A stretch of DNA of 64,000 bases, from positions 36,208,001 through 36,272,000 of the forward strand of contig OX597825.1 in NCBI GenBank assembly GCA_951406725.2, read 5' to 3'. Shown piece after piece: positions 13,146 through 26,117 of the stretch. Source of the DNA: Octopus vulgaris (taxonomy: Eukaryota). Numbering within the stretch: the first letter of the stretch is position 1; each line of letters begins with the position of its first letter. A program made the position numbers and the translations under genes. The notes under the pieces were generated by a model, which saw only the letters and a program-made list of their open reading frames with translations, was not told the origin of the DNA and made no database searches.

Positions 13146-14416
13146 AAGTTGCATATTTCCCACTGAACGTTTTCAAAATATTTAATCCCCACCTCACTCA
13201 ACTCTTTAAGTTTTAACTTTTTTTCCCATCTACGTGGGAAAATACAGACATTAAGAGTATGGCAAAAATGTTTTTTTGATTTCAAATTGTCTATGAAAAA
13301 CTCCAAAATATATTCACACTTCTGTCGCTGTCTGAAATTGAAAATGTCGATATGCTAAAAATAACTGCTAAATGTCTGGAGAATTTTTGCGTTTGTGTGT
13401 GCGTGCGCAACAATTTCTGCAGCTTATCCAAATAAAAAGAGAAAAGTGCACAGGAATATGTTTTACATACCTGTCGTATACGTTGGTTTTGTTTTTTCGC
13501 CTCCATGAAGTTTTTGGGGATGACGGAAAAGCTATTAAATGCATCCACTAAAATCACGAGATTTTTGATATGGGGCTAATGTAGATTCGCACCTCCTCTC
13601 GAAAAATGCATTTTCTGAAAAAGTTTATTCAGATTCCTAGGTTCTACATGTCGGAGATTACGAATATGCAAAAAAAAATCAAAATTTTAACCTTGCCTCA
13701 ACCTACCGCCACCCCCAATTTTAAATGTATTGTTGTATATTAAAGTATGTAAATTTCCTTAAAACAGGTATGTAATATAGAAAAATACGGGGATTTTAAC
13801 AATTTCTATTGTTTGGCCAAATGAACATAGAAAATGCACTTTACATACCAGTTTTAATGAAATTTCCACAATATACAGCTATTGATGCTGCCAAGCATTA
13901 AGGTATATTAAGATAAAAACATGTTTAACTTGTTCGAGTGCATTCGAATGTGTGAAGGTCGTTCGCTGCGGAAATAGTCCAGAGAGAAATTCCACTACCT
14001 AGATGACATAAGATTCATGTGTTTCTGCATTCTTATGTGTTGTCAGTATAAATGTTACATCTTTTAACCGCACAATAAGAGTATGTTTGCAGTGGCAGGT
14101 CTTCATTCATTTGGCTTTATATGCATATATTTTATCCAACGCTGCTTCGTGTGACTTAATTTAATCCTAGCTGGACTGAGTTTTAAACTGGTGAGCAAAC
14201 GTATGGCTTGCATATTTATCAAATTATATATTTATAAATGTTTAAAATAGTGGTATACCTAGCTACGTAGATACACCAGTGTGTCATGGTGAACAATTAA
14301 AGAACTGTCAGGTATTTAATATGATAAATATGTTGAAAAATTTTGATTTTACGAGATGTTTCCTTGAGTCAAAAAAAATTTATTTCATTTAGTATAATAC
14401 ATTTTTACATTATATA

Positions 14417-14605
14417 TTATGCTGATTCTTTCTCAATCATTTCAACAGATCTGTAAACAGCATCTACCAAAGAATTATATCGATCATCTGCTCCAAATAT
14501 AAGTGGATTCAAATGGTTTGATATGTAAGCAACACTAAGTTTGTTCTCTTTGTCTCCACATGCTCCTTGGCCTCCAAATCCAAAATGACAAAACGTTTTC
14601 TGGCC
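14417..14605 (-). CDS. Beta-lactamase domain protein exon 8 (terminal, HxG motif)
   Basis: ctctag acceptor. Translates GQKTFCHFGFGGQGACGDKENKLSVAYISNHLNPLIFGADDRYNSLVDAVYRSVEMIEKESA then TAA. The 8 exons sum to 1287 nt = 428 aa + stop. Confidence 0.92.
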   Translation of the reverse strand, partial: GQKTFCHFGFGGQGACGDKENKLSVAYISNHLNPLIFGADDRYNSLVDAVYRSVEMIEKESA

Positions 14606-14675
14606 CTAGAGGATGATAAATTTAATATACATGTAAGATTATTATTATTATCATTATTTAAATAATCATCATCAC

Positions 14676-14714
<39 letters not shown>

Positions 14715-14726
14715 AATTATTATTAA

Positions 14727-14931
14727 AATGGTGAGCTGGCAGAATCATTAGTACACTGGGTGAAATGCTTAGCGGTATTTCGCCCGTCACTACGTTCTGA
14801 GTTCAATTTCCGCCTAAGTCGACTTTGCCTTTCATAGTTGATAAATTAAGTACCAGTGAAACAATGGGGTCGATGTAATCAACTGGTCCCCTTCCCCACA
14901 AATTTCAGGCTTTGTGCCTACAGTAGAAAAG

Positions 14932-14984
<53 letters not shown>

Positions 14985-15165
14985 GGCAGTGAGCTGGCAG
15001 AATTGTTAGCATGCTGGAGGAAATATTTAGCGGTATTTCGTCTGTCACTACGTTCTGATTTTCAAACTCTGCCGAGATTGAATTTACCTTTCATCCCTTT
15101 GGGGCCGATAAATAAAGTACCAGTAAAACACTGGGGTCGATATAATCGACTATTCCCTGCCAAGA
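14727..15165 (+). mobile_element. Two tandem SINEs of the 'GAGCTGGCAGAATCGTTAGCAC' family separated by (ATT)n
   Basis: Both begin GGTGAGCTGGCAGAAT, carry a GAGTTCAA(A/T)T B-box-like motif and end in (ATT)n. The same family occurs at 19225-19440(-), 31708-31922, 50695-51095(-, two copies), 52441-54190 and 57364-59212. Confidence 0.8.
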
Positions 15166-15268
15166 ATTTTAGTCACGAGCAACCTGCAGCCCACGGGACT
15201 TTCTGAATTGCATACATATACAAAAATATTTATATATACATACATAAAGTGTCCACATGTATACTAAC

Positions 15269-15526
15269 CTTATTATTTTTGTGAATTGTGAAACCCCGAC
15301 CAAATACGATATGGAAATTCAAAATAGCATCGATTTGACTGGATACAATATCATCAATATTTTCAACAGTAGACTTTGAGAGGATATTTCCTTCTTTGTT
15401 ATTTCCTGTATTGACAATATTGCCAAATAACTTAGCCAAGCCACGCGCTGTGGCATGACCGTTGAAGCTGGAGCATGGTAATCGCTTTATGTGTCGGTCT
15501 GATAAGGAATACAATGATGTACCAAT
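15269..15526 (-). CDS. Beta-lactamase domain protein exon 7
   Basis: ttacag acceptor, GTTAGT donor. Translates IGTSLYSLSDRHIKRLPCSSFNGHATARGLAKLFG...FGRGFTIHKNNK (NG.ATARGLAK, FG.GF motifs). Confidence 0.92.
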
Positions 15527-16389
15527 CTGTAAAAGTAAAATTTGATTTGAATTAGACATCAACATTCAATAAAATAGTTATATTCTGTTAATCACTTTTT
15601 GAAAGCTGCAAAATTTTCTGCTTTTTTTTTTCTTTAGAATATTTCCATTTATTTTATGATTTCATTTATACCACTGAGGTCGACTTTGCTTTCGGAGTGA
15701 ATGAAATAAGTATCAGTTGAGTATTGGGGTCGATGCAACTGACAAACTCCTCCCACAAAATTTAAGGCCTTGTGCCTATAACTGCAGGCATGGCTGTGTG
15801 GTAAGAAGCTTGCTTTCCAACCACATGGTTCCGAGTTCAACCTCACTACATGATACCTTGGATAATTGTCTTCTACTATAGCCTCAGACTGACTAAAGCC
15901 TTGTGAGTGGATTTGGTAGACCAAAACTGAAAGAAGCCCGTTGTGTGTGTGTGTGTGTGTGAGTCTGTGCCCTCACCGTCAATTGACAACTGGTGTTGGT
16001 GTATTTATGTTCCTGTAACTTAGTGGTTTGGCAAAAGTAACCGATAGAATAAGTACCAGGCTTACAAAGAATAAGTCCTGGGATTGATTACTTTGACTAA
16101 AGGTGGTGCTCCAGCATAGCTGCAGTCCGATGACTGAAACAAATAAAACAATAGAAGAATAGTTCAAAGGATTTTATGCTTTGATTTGGGTATACCTACA
16201 CAAGTGTGCCCCTACTGAATTTGTTTCCCCATAGCTTTCAGAAAAACGGTAATTTTTTAATGATATTTTCTACAAATATCTTCCAAATGGTTCAGATTCC
16301 ATTTATATTGGAATTTGTTGTGAAAAATACTTTTGGAGGGGGTGGAGAGAGGAGATTCGGATAATTCAAATGAGTTGGTTGTTTTCTCA

Positions 16390-17290
16390 TATGCAACTAC
16401 CACCACCAAGGAAAACATTCATCGTGTTCACCACAATGTGATGGATGATTGGCGATTGACTGTAAATCAAATAACAAATGCTATTAGCATATCCTGTGAG
16501 GGAGTTGAGAATATTCTGCACAATGACCTTTATATGGCGAAAGTTTCTGCTTGGTGGGCACCACATCTTCTGACACCTTATCAAAAGTGCAGTAGCCTGA
16601 TCACATCACAGGTAAATCTGACATTATTTCAGGTAGATCCAGCTGGTTTCCTTGGATGTTTCCTAATCCAGGATGAGTGTTTGGTTTGTCACTTTGAACC
16701 AGAAACAAAGAGATAATCCATGCAGTGGAAACATCCTGTCCTCACCTGCTTCAAAAACCAAGGTCATTTCATCTACAGGGAAGGTGATGGCCTCAGTTTT
16801 TGGGGATGCAAAAAGCATTGTGTTTGTAGACTATCTTCAAAAGGGCCACACCATCAATGGAAAATACTGTGCCAACTTGCTGAGGCAGTTAAGAAAGGCT
16901 ATAAAGACTAAACACACAAAAACTGATGAAACGGGTCTTGTTTCATCAGGAAAATGTTTCAGCACATTAGGCCTTGGTTTCAATGGCTGCTGTGCATGAC
17001 TGTAGCTTTGAACTGGTTGATCACTCTCTCTATTCTTTTAATTTGGCTCCATCTGACAACCATCTGTCCCCCAACATGAAAGGACACCAGACTGGGAACC
17101 AGTCTCACAGTGATGATGACATCATATCTGCTGTTGATGACTTTTTTGACTAGCAGGATCAAAGCTTCTTCCCCAATGGGGTCCAAGCACTGCAACACCG
17201 ATGGAAGAAGTGTGTGGACCACAAAGGGGAATATGTTGAAAAATAAACCTCATTTAGTCAGCCAATGAAATTTTCAGCTAACCCTTGTAT
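16390..17290 (+). pseudogene. Degenerate mariner transposase
   Basis: KVSAWWAPHLL, FLIQDECLVCHFEPETK, GKVMASVF, YLQKGHTINGKY and a YSxxLAPSD-like motif, spread over frameshifts and stops. Confidence 0.9.
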
Positions 17291-17755
17291 GTAGGGTGTT
17301 CCTAATATGACTTTTCTTATTGTGATTGAAAATCCTTGAGCCTATGTATGGAGGCAGCTATAGTTAAACTTAACAGTGATTTTATTACAGATCTTGTGGT
17401 ATTCATGTGAGTGTGAAAATCGTCGAGCTACATGGATGGTTATGTCACAAACGTTTCCCTTATCTACATCTGTTTGGCCAATCAAACTTTGGTTTGGAAT
17501 ATGTTGTAGTCTGAAAATTGGATCTTTCTAGTACTGTGTTATGGGGCTGTCTTTTGAAGGTTGGTTCATCAGAAGATTGGTTTGAAACACACCTACTATT
17601 GCTATTAATTAATGGTTTAATTATTGATGGTGGGTGGTTAGAGCTTCTATCGATGCGTCCTCATTGGATTTGTGGAATGGTTTACATTTACCTGAAGGAA
17701 GGTTCATATTAATAACTAGGAAATTCTTTAATATTAGTAAACATATTGAACATGG

Positions 17756-17796
<41 letters not shown>

Positions 17797-19899
17797 TCTT
17801 CTTCTTCTTCTTCTATCTAAAAGATGTCACAAATACCAGATATGGATGGCCAGTTTATTATGGTCCTTCATAAAAAGATATTCCATCTCATGCAGGTGTT
17901 GATAATGCAAAGTAAAATACTCCAAATGTTATCCAAGTTGAGTTTAATCTGATTGGGAAATTCACTTAGTTTAAACTGCTGCACACCCAATATATTATGG
18001 TGTGTAAAATCGCCATAACAAACTCTAGACACATACTCATAAAATGGTAGAGTGTGATTTGAGAAAGGTTTAACTACTATTTATTGCAGGTTGAGTAACC
18101 ACATCACTCATTATTGTGAGGGAGACCTAAATCTGTTAAGTTAACTCTACCAATACCTCCTCCTCTCTGTTGCAAGTAGCTGGACAAGATCTGTCAAATT
18201 TGATATACTGATTTCTAGTTTCTTACTGCAGATGTTTGGGAGCGAGAGAACCCTAGTCTTTGCTTTGATATCTCTTTAGAAAAAGGAAAACTTCTGCAGT
18301 AACCCCTGTAATTTTGTTTACATCCAATGATGTAGACTAGCTGTTTTGAGGTAAATGCACACATTGTTTGGACAGTGGGGATGTCCCAATGCAAAGCTTT
18401 GCTTCACTTTAAAATGCTTCAAGCACAAGCATCACTTGATTTTTAACATCTCAGTATTTCTATTGTGAGTTACATACTATAGTTGGTTACAGCCAAAAAA
18501 GATAAAACTCATGCATCAGAGTAGGGTTGAGCTCTCTGAAAACCTTCTGCAAGAGGCACCCATCATTGCCAGATCTCTGCAAATGAGTGTAGGTCTCTAA
18601 CAAGAATGAAAGTCCACATCTGTACTTCATACGTACAGCATAACAATAAAGTGATGACATTGCTTGAAACTGGATTGCAGCAATCATATTGTAACAGTCC
18701 ATTGGCTGTTGTTTCTTCTGTCCATACTGCTCCTATTCTCAGAGGCTCCATAATATAGACACAGACATTGTTTTTCTCATTGGATTAAACTATTGCAAAA
18801 CAAAAAAGTTATTTGAAGAAATATTCACCAACACTAACCTCATTCCTCACAACATTAACATTTCCCATTACCTTGAAATAATCTCAACAAGTCAACATGG
18901 CACAAAATTTCCAATTATGTATTCTATAAAAGTATTGGTGAGTCATCACTGTTATCATATGCCATTTCGCAAAGCTATTATTACATTCTTCAATTCACTA
19001 TTCGACTAACAGATTGCTAACATTTAGCAATCTGTACATGAATTAATATTCACCTGGATGACAATATCAATATCGTGACTTGAATTTAATGATATTTTTA
19101 TTAAATTGTGAATACATGTGCACATACACACACGTATGCACACAGATGCATGCACACACAAAAGGTGTAGGTAGTAAAATACTTCTGCTAAGCCTGTTCA
19201 GAGAGAGTCTATGTAACGCAAACACTGATTTCAAATTTTGGCACAAGGCCAGCAATTTTGGGGGCTGGGGTTTGTTGATTACAGCAAGCCTAGAGCTTAA
19301 CTGGTACTTACTTTATCAACTCCAAAAGGATGAAAGGTAATTTTGACCTCGGTGGAATTTGAACTCAGGACATAAAGACAGACGAAATGCCATTAAGCAT
19401 CTTGCCTGACATGCTAATGATTCTGCTAGATCATCGCCTTTATGTAACGCATATATTAGGGTATGTCCTTTCTCATGGATGCAAATGGTCATCCCCTATC
19501 ATGAAAATGAGACTGTGACTTACATATCTGTGGTAATTTTAAATTAGCAATTAATTCCAAGATTATTTTTGGATTCTGAGTCATATCCCTGGCTTGTCCC
19601 TGTAAATGATCTGTTGCTGACGCTGACTTTGGTCACCATTGGCTTTCAATCACACAACATTCTATATAGGCCTATGGTGGGATCATAATGAAATCCTAGG
19701 CTGTGCATATGCTTGAGACCATCGTTGAAGTTTCTGTTTGCTTCTGCAGATGGCTATCACCCTTCTGTGTTGCTTATGTCAGGATACATAAATTAACGCA
19801 GCCTTCAATTCTTGCAGGTATTTTTTAATTTGAACTAGAGTCAAGAACTGCAATTTCTGGTCTCTACCATTTATACATTTGTATATAATTGTTGTCTTT

Positions 19900-21190
19900 A
19901 GTTTCCAGCAGCCGGGAATGTTAATGAAATGTGGCAACCTTTTAGAAAAAGAAGGCCACAATCTGAAGTTGACACCTCCACACAAATTAACATAGTGTAA
20001 AGAGAAAGACCATAATTTATAAAACATTGAAAATATCATCAAAGAAAATTGAAGTAGCACCAATTGAAGAAATTGAGAAAAGTTTACAAGTAAATAAAAA
20101 GAAGATGATATTCATAACAAGAGGAAGAAAATATGGCACAGTGGAGAGGCATTTTGATAGCAAGGTGATGTCAAAAAATCAGAAGAGTGGGCTTTCCTAC
20201 CAACTACTGCAGCAGAAGTGTTGTCCGAGTGAGGGTGGGAAAAGTACCACCAGAATTAGAGGAAATATGGTTGGTTGCAGCGATATTACGCAATATAGAA
20301 GAGGATGCCAGGATCCTAAGAGTGACAAGAACGAGAAACGTGGACTGGTGAGATTACGGGATCGAGATGTCACTTCAGACAACTGATAGTGATATGATCA
20401 AGATCCCAGAAGAAATAATTCTACCAGAAGATATGAGATTGAGAGTAGTGGTGGAGGGCAGGCCTCCCAGATATTATTTGTTTGAGGAGAAAGGCCACAT
20501 GAAGACGAGGTGCCCCCAAAGAGAAGAAAAAGAACAAGAAATGGAACAGTCAGAGGAGCAGGAGAAAGCGAATGATGAGGTACAGGAAGAGGAGAAAGAA
20601 GCAGAAGAGGGATTCGAAGTGGTTAAAAAAAGAAAAAGAAGGTCTCTCTGCTGGAGAGACAGAAAAAGAAAAAAGAAACAAAGGAGATAGAGGAAGCAGT
20701 TGTAAAGGAGGTTGGAAAGGAGATTGAGAGAGAAGTTATGGAGGAGGAGGAGAAGATAGAAGAAAGCAGACTGTTTAACCCATGAAGTGGAACAGCAGCA
20801 AGAGGAAGAAGCAACAATGACTGAAATGGATAAAGTGATGCCAAGAACAGAACACAGTAAACAAAAACAGAGAAAATACAATTGGTATTTTGTAAAATAT
20901 GACAAAAATGTGTGCACGGAAAAGTTTATTACCAAGATGAAATCGATTATAAGGGTGAAGTTGCCAAAGGACAGTTACGGTGAGAATGTGAAGGTGATTC
21001 TAATAGACAAGGAAAAGTACAGCAGGTAGAAGTGTGCCAAATCTGAGGGTGTGGATGGTGTGGAGCAGCGAGACCCTGGGATGGGGACAGCAACATTATG
21101 CATCTGAAAAGAAAGCTCGCATCTGCATTTGGCAAATCTCATAAACATACAAATAGGCTTCAATCTATTTCACCATCATTTTATTTGCTT
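19900..21190 (+). pseudogene. Degenerate LINE ORF1-like (RRM-like region plus zinc knuckle) element
   Basis: TIIYKTLKISSKKIEVAPIEEIEKSL..IFITRGRKYG and LRVVVEGRPPRYYLFEEKGHMKTRCP (decayed CCHC). Similar to the ORFs at 52608-53776 and 57560-58855. Confidence 0.7.
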
Positions 21191-22224
21191 CATAATCACT
21201 ATGTTTAATGGGAGATAGACATTAGATAGGGGTGGAAGAGGAAGGGAGGGGAAAGTGTTCTGTATAGTTTACTGTTAGAGGCGCTCAGGAGAAAGACATC
21301 CAGCAGAGGTTAGAAGTGAAAGACGTCCAGCACAGGTGGCAGGAGTGGGATGGGAGGGTGTACAACCAATGGCAAAACACTATGGCTGCCCTATTCCCTA
21401 GCAAAAGCCGATGTGGCATAGCTATAGACAAAGTGAGCCACTAATTAACAATCAACATGGGAAAGCAAGTGGTTAACAAACAAAGAGAGAGAGAGGGGGG
21501 TGGGGCGAGGGAGAATGGTGAAATTTTCGAGAATTAGGGCTAGTTCAGGAAACAATGGAACTTTTGGATAAGATAGCAGGTAACAAAACAAAACAAATGA
21601 AGAGAAGTAATTTTTGAGATTTAGAGCAAGAGTAAATAGAACTTTGCTATAACATACCACTAAATAGATAGCTAAATGAAAAACAATAATTACAATGAGT
21701 TCTATTGAGTGAAACAGAATTGAACATTTGCATTCTTAACTTTAACTATAGCTATAACATACAGCATGGAGTAAGCAAAACTTTGTGACAAAATAGATAA
21801 ATAAATGACTAACAATAATTGTAATTATAATTATAATGAGCATTAAAATGCAGGAGCATTGAACATGGTGTTTCTTAAATTTGCTGTAACATGCAGCATG
21901 GAATAAGCAATACTGTGTGGGTACATAGATAAATTAATAAATAATAATAGTAATTATAATTAGTGCTATAAAATGAGGATGAGCATTTTCATAAGTGGCA
22001 TGTATAACTAAATCCGTGAAAACTTTTCAATAAAAGTGGCCCATGTGTATCAAACTGAAAGGATTCTAAAAGAAATTAAATCAACAATGATAATAAAAAA
22101 AATTAATAAATGCCTTGACACACCAAAGACAAGAGTTTTCTCCTGGTTCTTGCCACAAGCCTTCAGAGACATACTGAGAGCTTGTGTCCATTTAGCCTCA
22201 GCAATTTCACCACACTTATCATCT

Positions 22225-22606
22225 ACTAGCAGTATCGCCCGGCGTTGCTCAGGTTTGTAAGGGAAATAACTATAAAGCATTTTTAGAGAGTTATAGCCAA
22301 AAAATAGCAAAAAGATGGAAAAAAATGATGGTAAATTTTTTTTTAGTTAAAAAAGTGGAGTTGCGTCCCCTAGACAGTTTGCGGTTTGTGTTTCTGATTC
22401 TCGACCCCATGTCGAATTTATCGATTTTTTTCAGAACTGGGGGAACTTTTCAAAATTTTCGCTGCGTTAGTTTTGAATTATGACATTGGGCTATGTGTGT
22501 GTCAAGTTTCATCAGAATCGGTTGAAAGCCGTGGTCAGGGTGAGGGTACAAGAAAACAGACACACAGAAACACGCACAGACAAACTGCCGTTTATATAGA
22601 GAGAGA
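22225..22606 (-). mobile_element. Non-autonomous Helitron (shares the 3' end with 2992-3627, different 5' part)
   Basis: On the + strand ACTAGCAGTATCGCCCGGCGTTGCTCAGG is the reverse of hairpin+CTAG. The 5' end on the minus strand is TCTCTCTCTATATAAACGGCAG. Confidence 0.8.
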
Positions 22607-22724
22607 TAATAAAAATTAATAAAAGGCTGAACTTCTACTCTCAACTTCTTCAACTGAGAGGCAAAGCTTCAATAAAAACAAACTCTATCCCAAGGAGAGA
22701 AGGGATTTAAATAAAACAACTCAC

Positions 22725-22903
22725 CTGGAATGTTGTGACACTCGTTTTTAAATAGTTGTTTTTGTCGAACCACATTGATGTACACAGGTTAAAGAACCGT
22801 TTTGAGAAAATGTGAGGCAAAATGTCCCAGACAGACTTGATGTAAATTCTAGTTTCAGCACGATACTGTTCCTCATAAGGGATTCCTTGGAAAAAGTCAA
22901 TAC
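22725..22903 (-). CDS. Beta-lactamase domain protein exon 6
   Basis: ttaccag acceptor, GTGAGT donor. Translates GIDFFQGIPYEEQYRAETRIYIKSVWDILPHIFSKRFFNLCTSMWFDKNNYLKTSVTTFQ. Open frame, phase 1 to phase 0 as required. Confidence 0.85.
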
Positions 22904-23359
22904 CTGGTAAAGTACAGGAATATATATACTGTTAATGTCATAAGCACACCTGTCATGTTTATAGGAGATGTGAGTTCTGTCATGGACAGTCTTCAACATG
23001 TAAATTTTCATGAGATATTACTTAAAAAAAAATAGTGACCTGAACACAGGGAAATACAATAACATTTTGTCAATCATACAACTGATTCTATCAATCTATT
23101 GCTCTCTATTCTGTTACACTTTTACTTGTTTCAGTTACGGGACTGTGAAATATAAAATATGGAATACAAAAATATCACAACATCAGTGAATGTTAAAATC
23201 CATTGTTTCCTATATTGGTATATATTGCCTTTCCCTCTCCCTCTAATACATTTTGTGTTTTTAATACAGCATAGCCATACAAGATGCTGGTTGTAAGGAG
23301 CTAGAGACTGAAGATGGAAACGTATCACCAGTATCAAAGCATAAAAAACCTTCTAAATG

Positions 23360-24290
23360 CTCTGAAATCATCAGAACACCTAAATGTTCAACAGAGCATT
23401 GATTACAATCCCAGAAAGTCTATGAGATCAATTGCGAAAGATATCCATGTGTCAGAAGGAACAGTCAGAAATGTTGTCCACAAAGACATCAGATATAAGT
23501 CTTATATGATGAGGAAAGGTCAATTTGTCAGAAAAAGCTAAAGAAAATCATTACTTCAGATCTAAAAGGTTCTTAAACAAACTGAAAAATCCAGTAGAAG
23601 ATTTGATTTGGTTTTTCTCAAACAAGAAAAACTTCAACCAAGATCAAAAAGATAACAGAAGAAATGATAGATGGTTATGTACAGACTCTTCTGAAGTTTT
23701 AAGTGTTATGCATACAAAATTTCCAGCAACTATCATGGTTTTAGGGGATGTCAGCAATGAAGAACATGTGATGCCTCCTTACATCTTTCCACAAGGCCTT
23801 AGAGTTAACCCTACCACCTACATTTAGCTCCTAGAAATAATTGTTAAGCCCTGGATAGACAGTGTATGCAATGGAAGGTCATACATGTTTCAGTAAGTCT
23901 CTGCACTATCACACATGGCTCTAGTAACACAGGAATGGATAGCTGAAAATTTTCCTGATCACATAACCCCTAACATTTGGTCTGCTAATTCCCCAGATCT
24001 CAATCCATTGACCTATTACATGTGGAGCATTGTTGAGAGAGAGGTCAATGAACACACCCATAACACCAAAGATTCTTTGAAAGCTGCCATAGACAGAATA
24101 ATGTCCAAAAAGAACCAGGGCCACCTGCTTTGAACATGTAGATGATTTAGATCTCAAATAGAAGCCGTTGTTGAAACTGAAGGTGGCTTTTATCTTCATA
24201 GAATTTTTTGATAAATAAAATTATTATCTGTTATCATATAGCTGTTTTTTATAAACATAAATCTGTCCTCAAATATCTTACACACTGTGT
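23360..24290 (+). pseudogene. Tc1/maT-like transposase remnant
   Basis: NPRKSMRSIAKDIHVSEGTVRNVV (HTH), IWFFSNKKNF, TKFPATIMVLG and WSANSPDLNPLTYYMWS (WPxxSPDLNPLD motif), with stops and frameshifts. Confidence 0.88.
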
Positions 24291-24305
24291 ATATATATAT
24301 ATATA

Positions 24306-24700
24306 GGGAGAATTCACAAAAAAAACAAAAGACGAAGACAGGTGGTGTAGACAAAAAACAGATGTATTGGTATAACGTTCAGGAAGTGAAAAAGTCTTTA
24401 ACGTTTCGAGCCTACACTCTTCCACAGAAAGGAACAGAAAGAAACAAGGAGAGAAAATAAAGAATGTGTAGTGGCTAGCAATCTATCATGGTGAAACAGC
24501 CACCATGATTGACTGCTAGCACCAAAAGTTTTTTTTATTCTATCTCTGTTTATTTCCTCGTGTTCCTTTCTGTTGAAGCGAATAGGCTAGAAACATAAAA
24601 GACTTTCACCTTCCTGAGCATTAAACTAATACACCTGTTTGCTGTTTATACACCTCTCTTCATCTTTTGCTTTTCTGTAAATTTCAACAATATGTAACTG
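24306..24700. mobile_element. Inverted pair of Penelope-like pLTR fragments flanked by (TA)n
   Basis: 24310-24465 is a diverged reverse complement of 24530-24690. Each half has a TGnAAGAG...CTCGAAAC hammerhead-like core. Confidence 0.6.
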
Positions 24701-25278
24701 TATATATATATATCGTATTCGTTATCTATTCCTTCTGTTTTGCATATGTGAATTACAGGGTCTGTCATGCCCAGAGTCCAACTTTGATAGAAATAAGCAT
24801 TCTTGACTGCTATTTCTATTTTTTCGTATGCGGTCAAGCAACCTGTTTTGCCTGTCCCTTTTTCTTATATACAATATATATACTGAACTTTACAGAAGTT
24901 CCTGCCGGTAATCGGCTATATTTACATACCGAATTCTACCAGTAAATAATTGGGGTTTTTTTAAAAGCCTTTATAGAAATTATTTACTCTTATCATTATA
25001 TTATATATATATATATATATATGTATACATACATGTGTATACATATAGTAGGAGACAAGGGATTAAAGTATGAGACAAGGTGGGTAGAAGAGTGGGCACT
25101 TGTAGAATAGCTGTGCGATCACTCATGCTTAAGAGGAGACGTAAAGAATAGTCAGTAGGAATTGCAAAAAGATGAAGTGAGCAGGTGACCCCTCAAGGAA
25201 TTGGGTGAGTAGAAGTATGCATCTACACACATTCATACATACACATTCCTACACACAGACACACATTCATACACACAC

Positions 25279-25339
<61 letters not shown>

Positions 25340-25448
25340 GTCATACACAAACACACCCATTCATACACACATATATACACACATTCATACTAACATATAT
25401 TCACACATACACATACACACACTCAAAAATGTAAAGAATGGCAAATAC

Positions 25449-25571
25449 CATATGGTTCTGAAATCTCTTCTCGGAAAATTCTCTCGATTGGACGCTTGTG
25501 GGGATCTGCCTTGGCCAGCAATGCATCGATGTACAAGCCATAAGTTATTACATGATATCCAACTTTAGTTC
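25449..25571 (-). CDS. Beta-lactamase domain protein exon 5 (second active-site motif, Y)
   Basis: gttatag acceptor, GT donor. Translates GTKVGYHVITYGLYIDALLAKADPHKRPIERIFREEISEPY (GYHxxTYG...DP..R....FREEI..P). Phases match both neighbours. Confidence 0.92.
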
Positions 25572-26117
25572 CTATAACACAAAAATATATACACAACCAA
25601 TGAATAAAAAAAATTAATTAATGATTAATTAAAATCCTGTGATGACAATGATGATGATGATGGCAGGGATGATGGTAATGATGTCGATGTTAATAGCAAT
25701 GGCAATGACATCAGTGGATGATGATAATGAAAATGATGATGATGGTAGTGGTGGTGATGGTGATTAAGATGGTGGTGATGGTAAGGAGGATGTTACAGGA
25801 TGATGACTGGAAAAAGATTGTTTCTGTCTACAGATGATATATCCGCTGGACATCATTTCAGTAATTAGTGAAGAAAAGAAGGAAGAGGAGGAGTGGAGAA
25901 AGCAAAAGTGGAGGGGAACAAGTTTAGATTCCCTGCAGCAGCCAGATGTCTGTGAATGATGGAGGGGTGGAGAAGAATGAAGAAGAAAAAGAAAGCAATA
26001 AAATAAAATGTAGAAGACAAAAGAAGAAAAAGAAAACAAAGGGAGAGTATGTGTAGTGTCCTCCCACCATATATGTATGTATGTGTGCATGTATATATAT
26101 ATATTTATGTATATATA

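Noticed and set aside
18487-19760. Candidate additional exons in intron 6
   Set aside because: The frames I tried (18.5-18.8 kb, 19.5-19.8 kb) hit stops or lacked family motifs, and exons 6 and 7 already join in phase.
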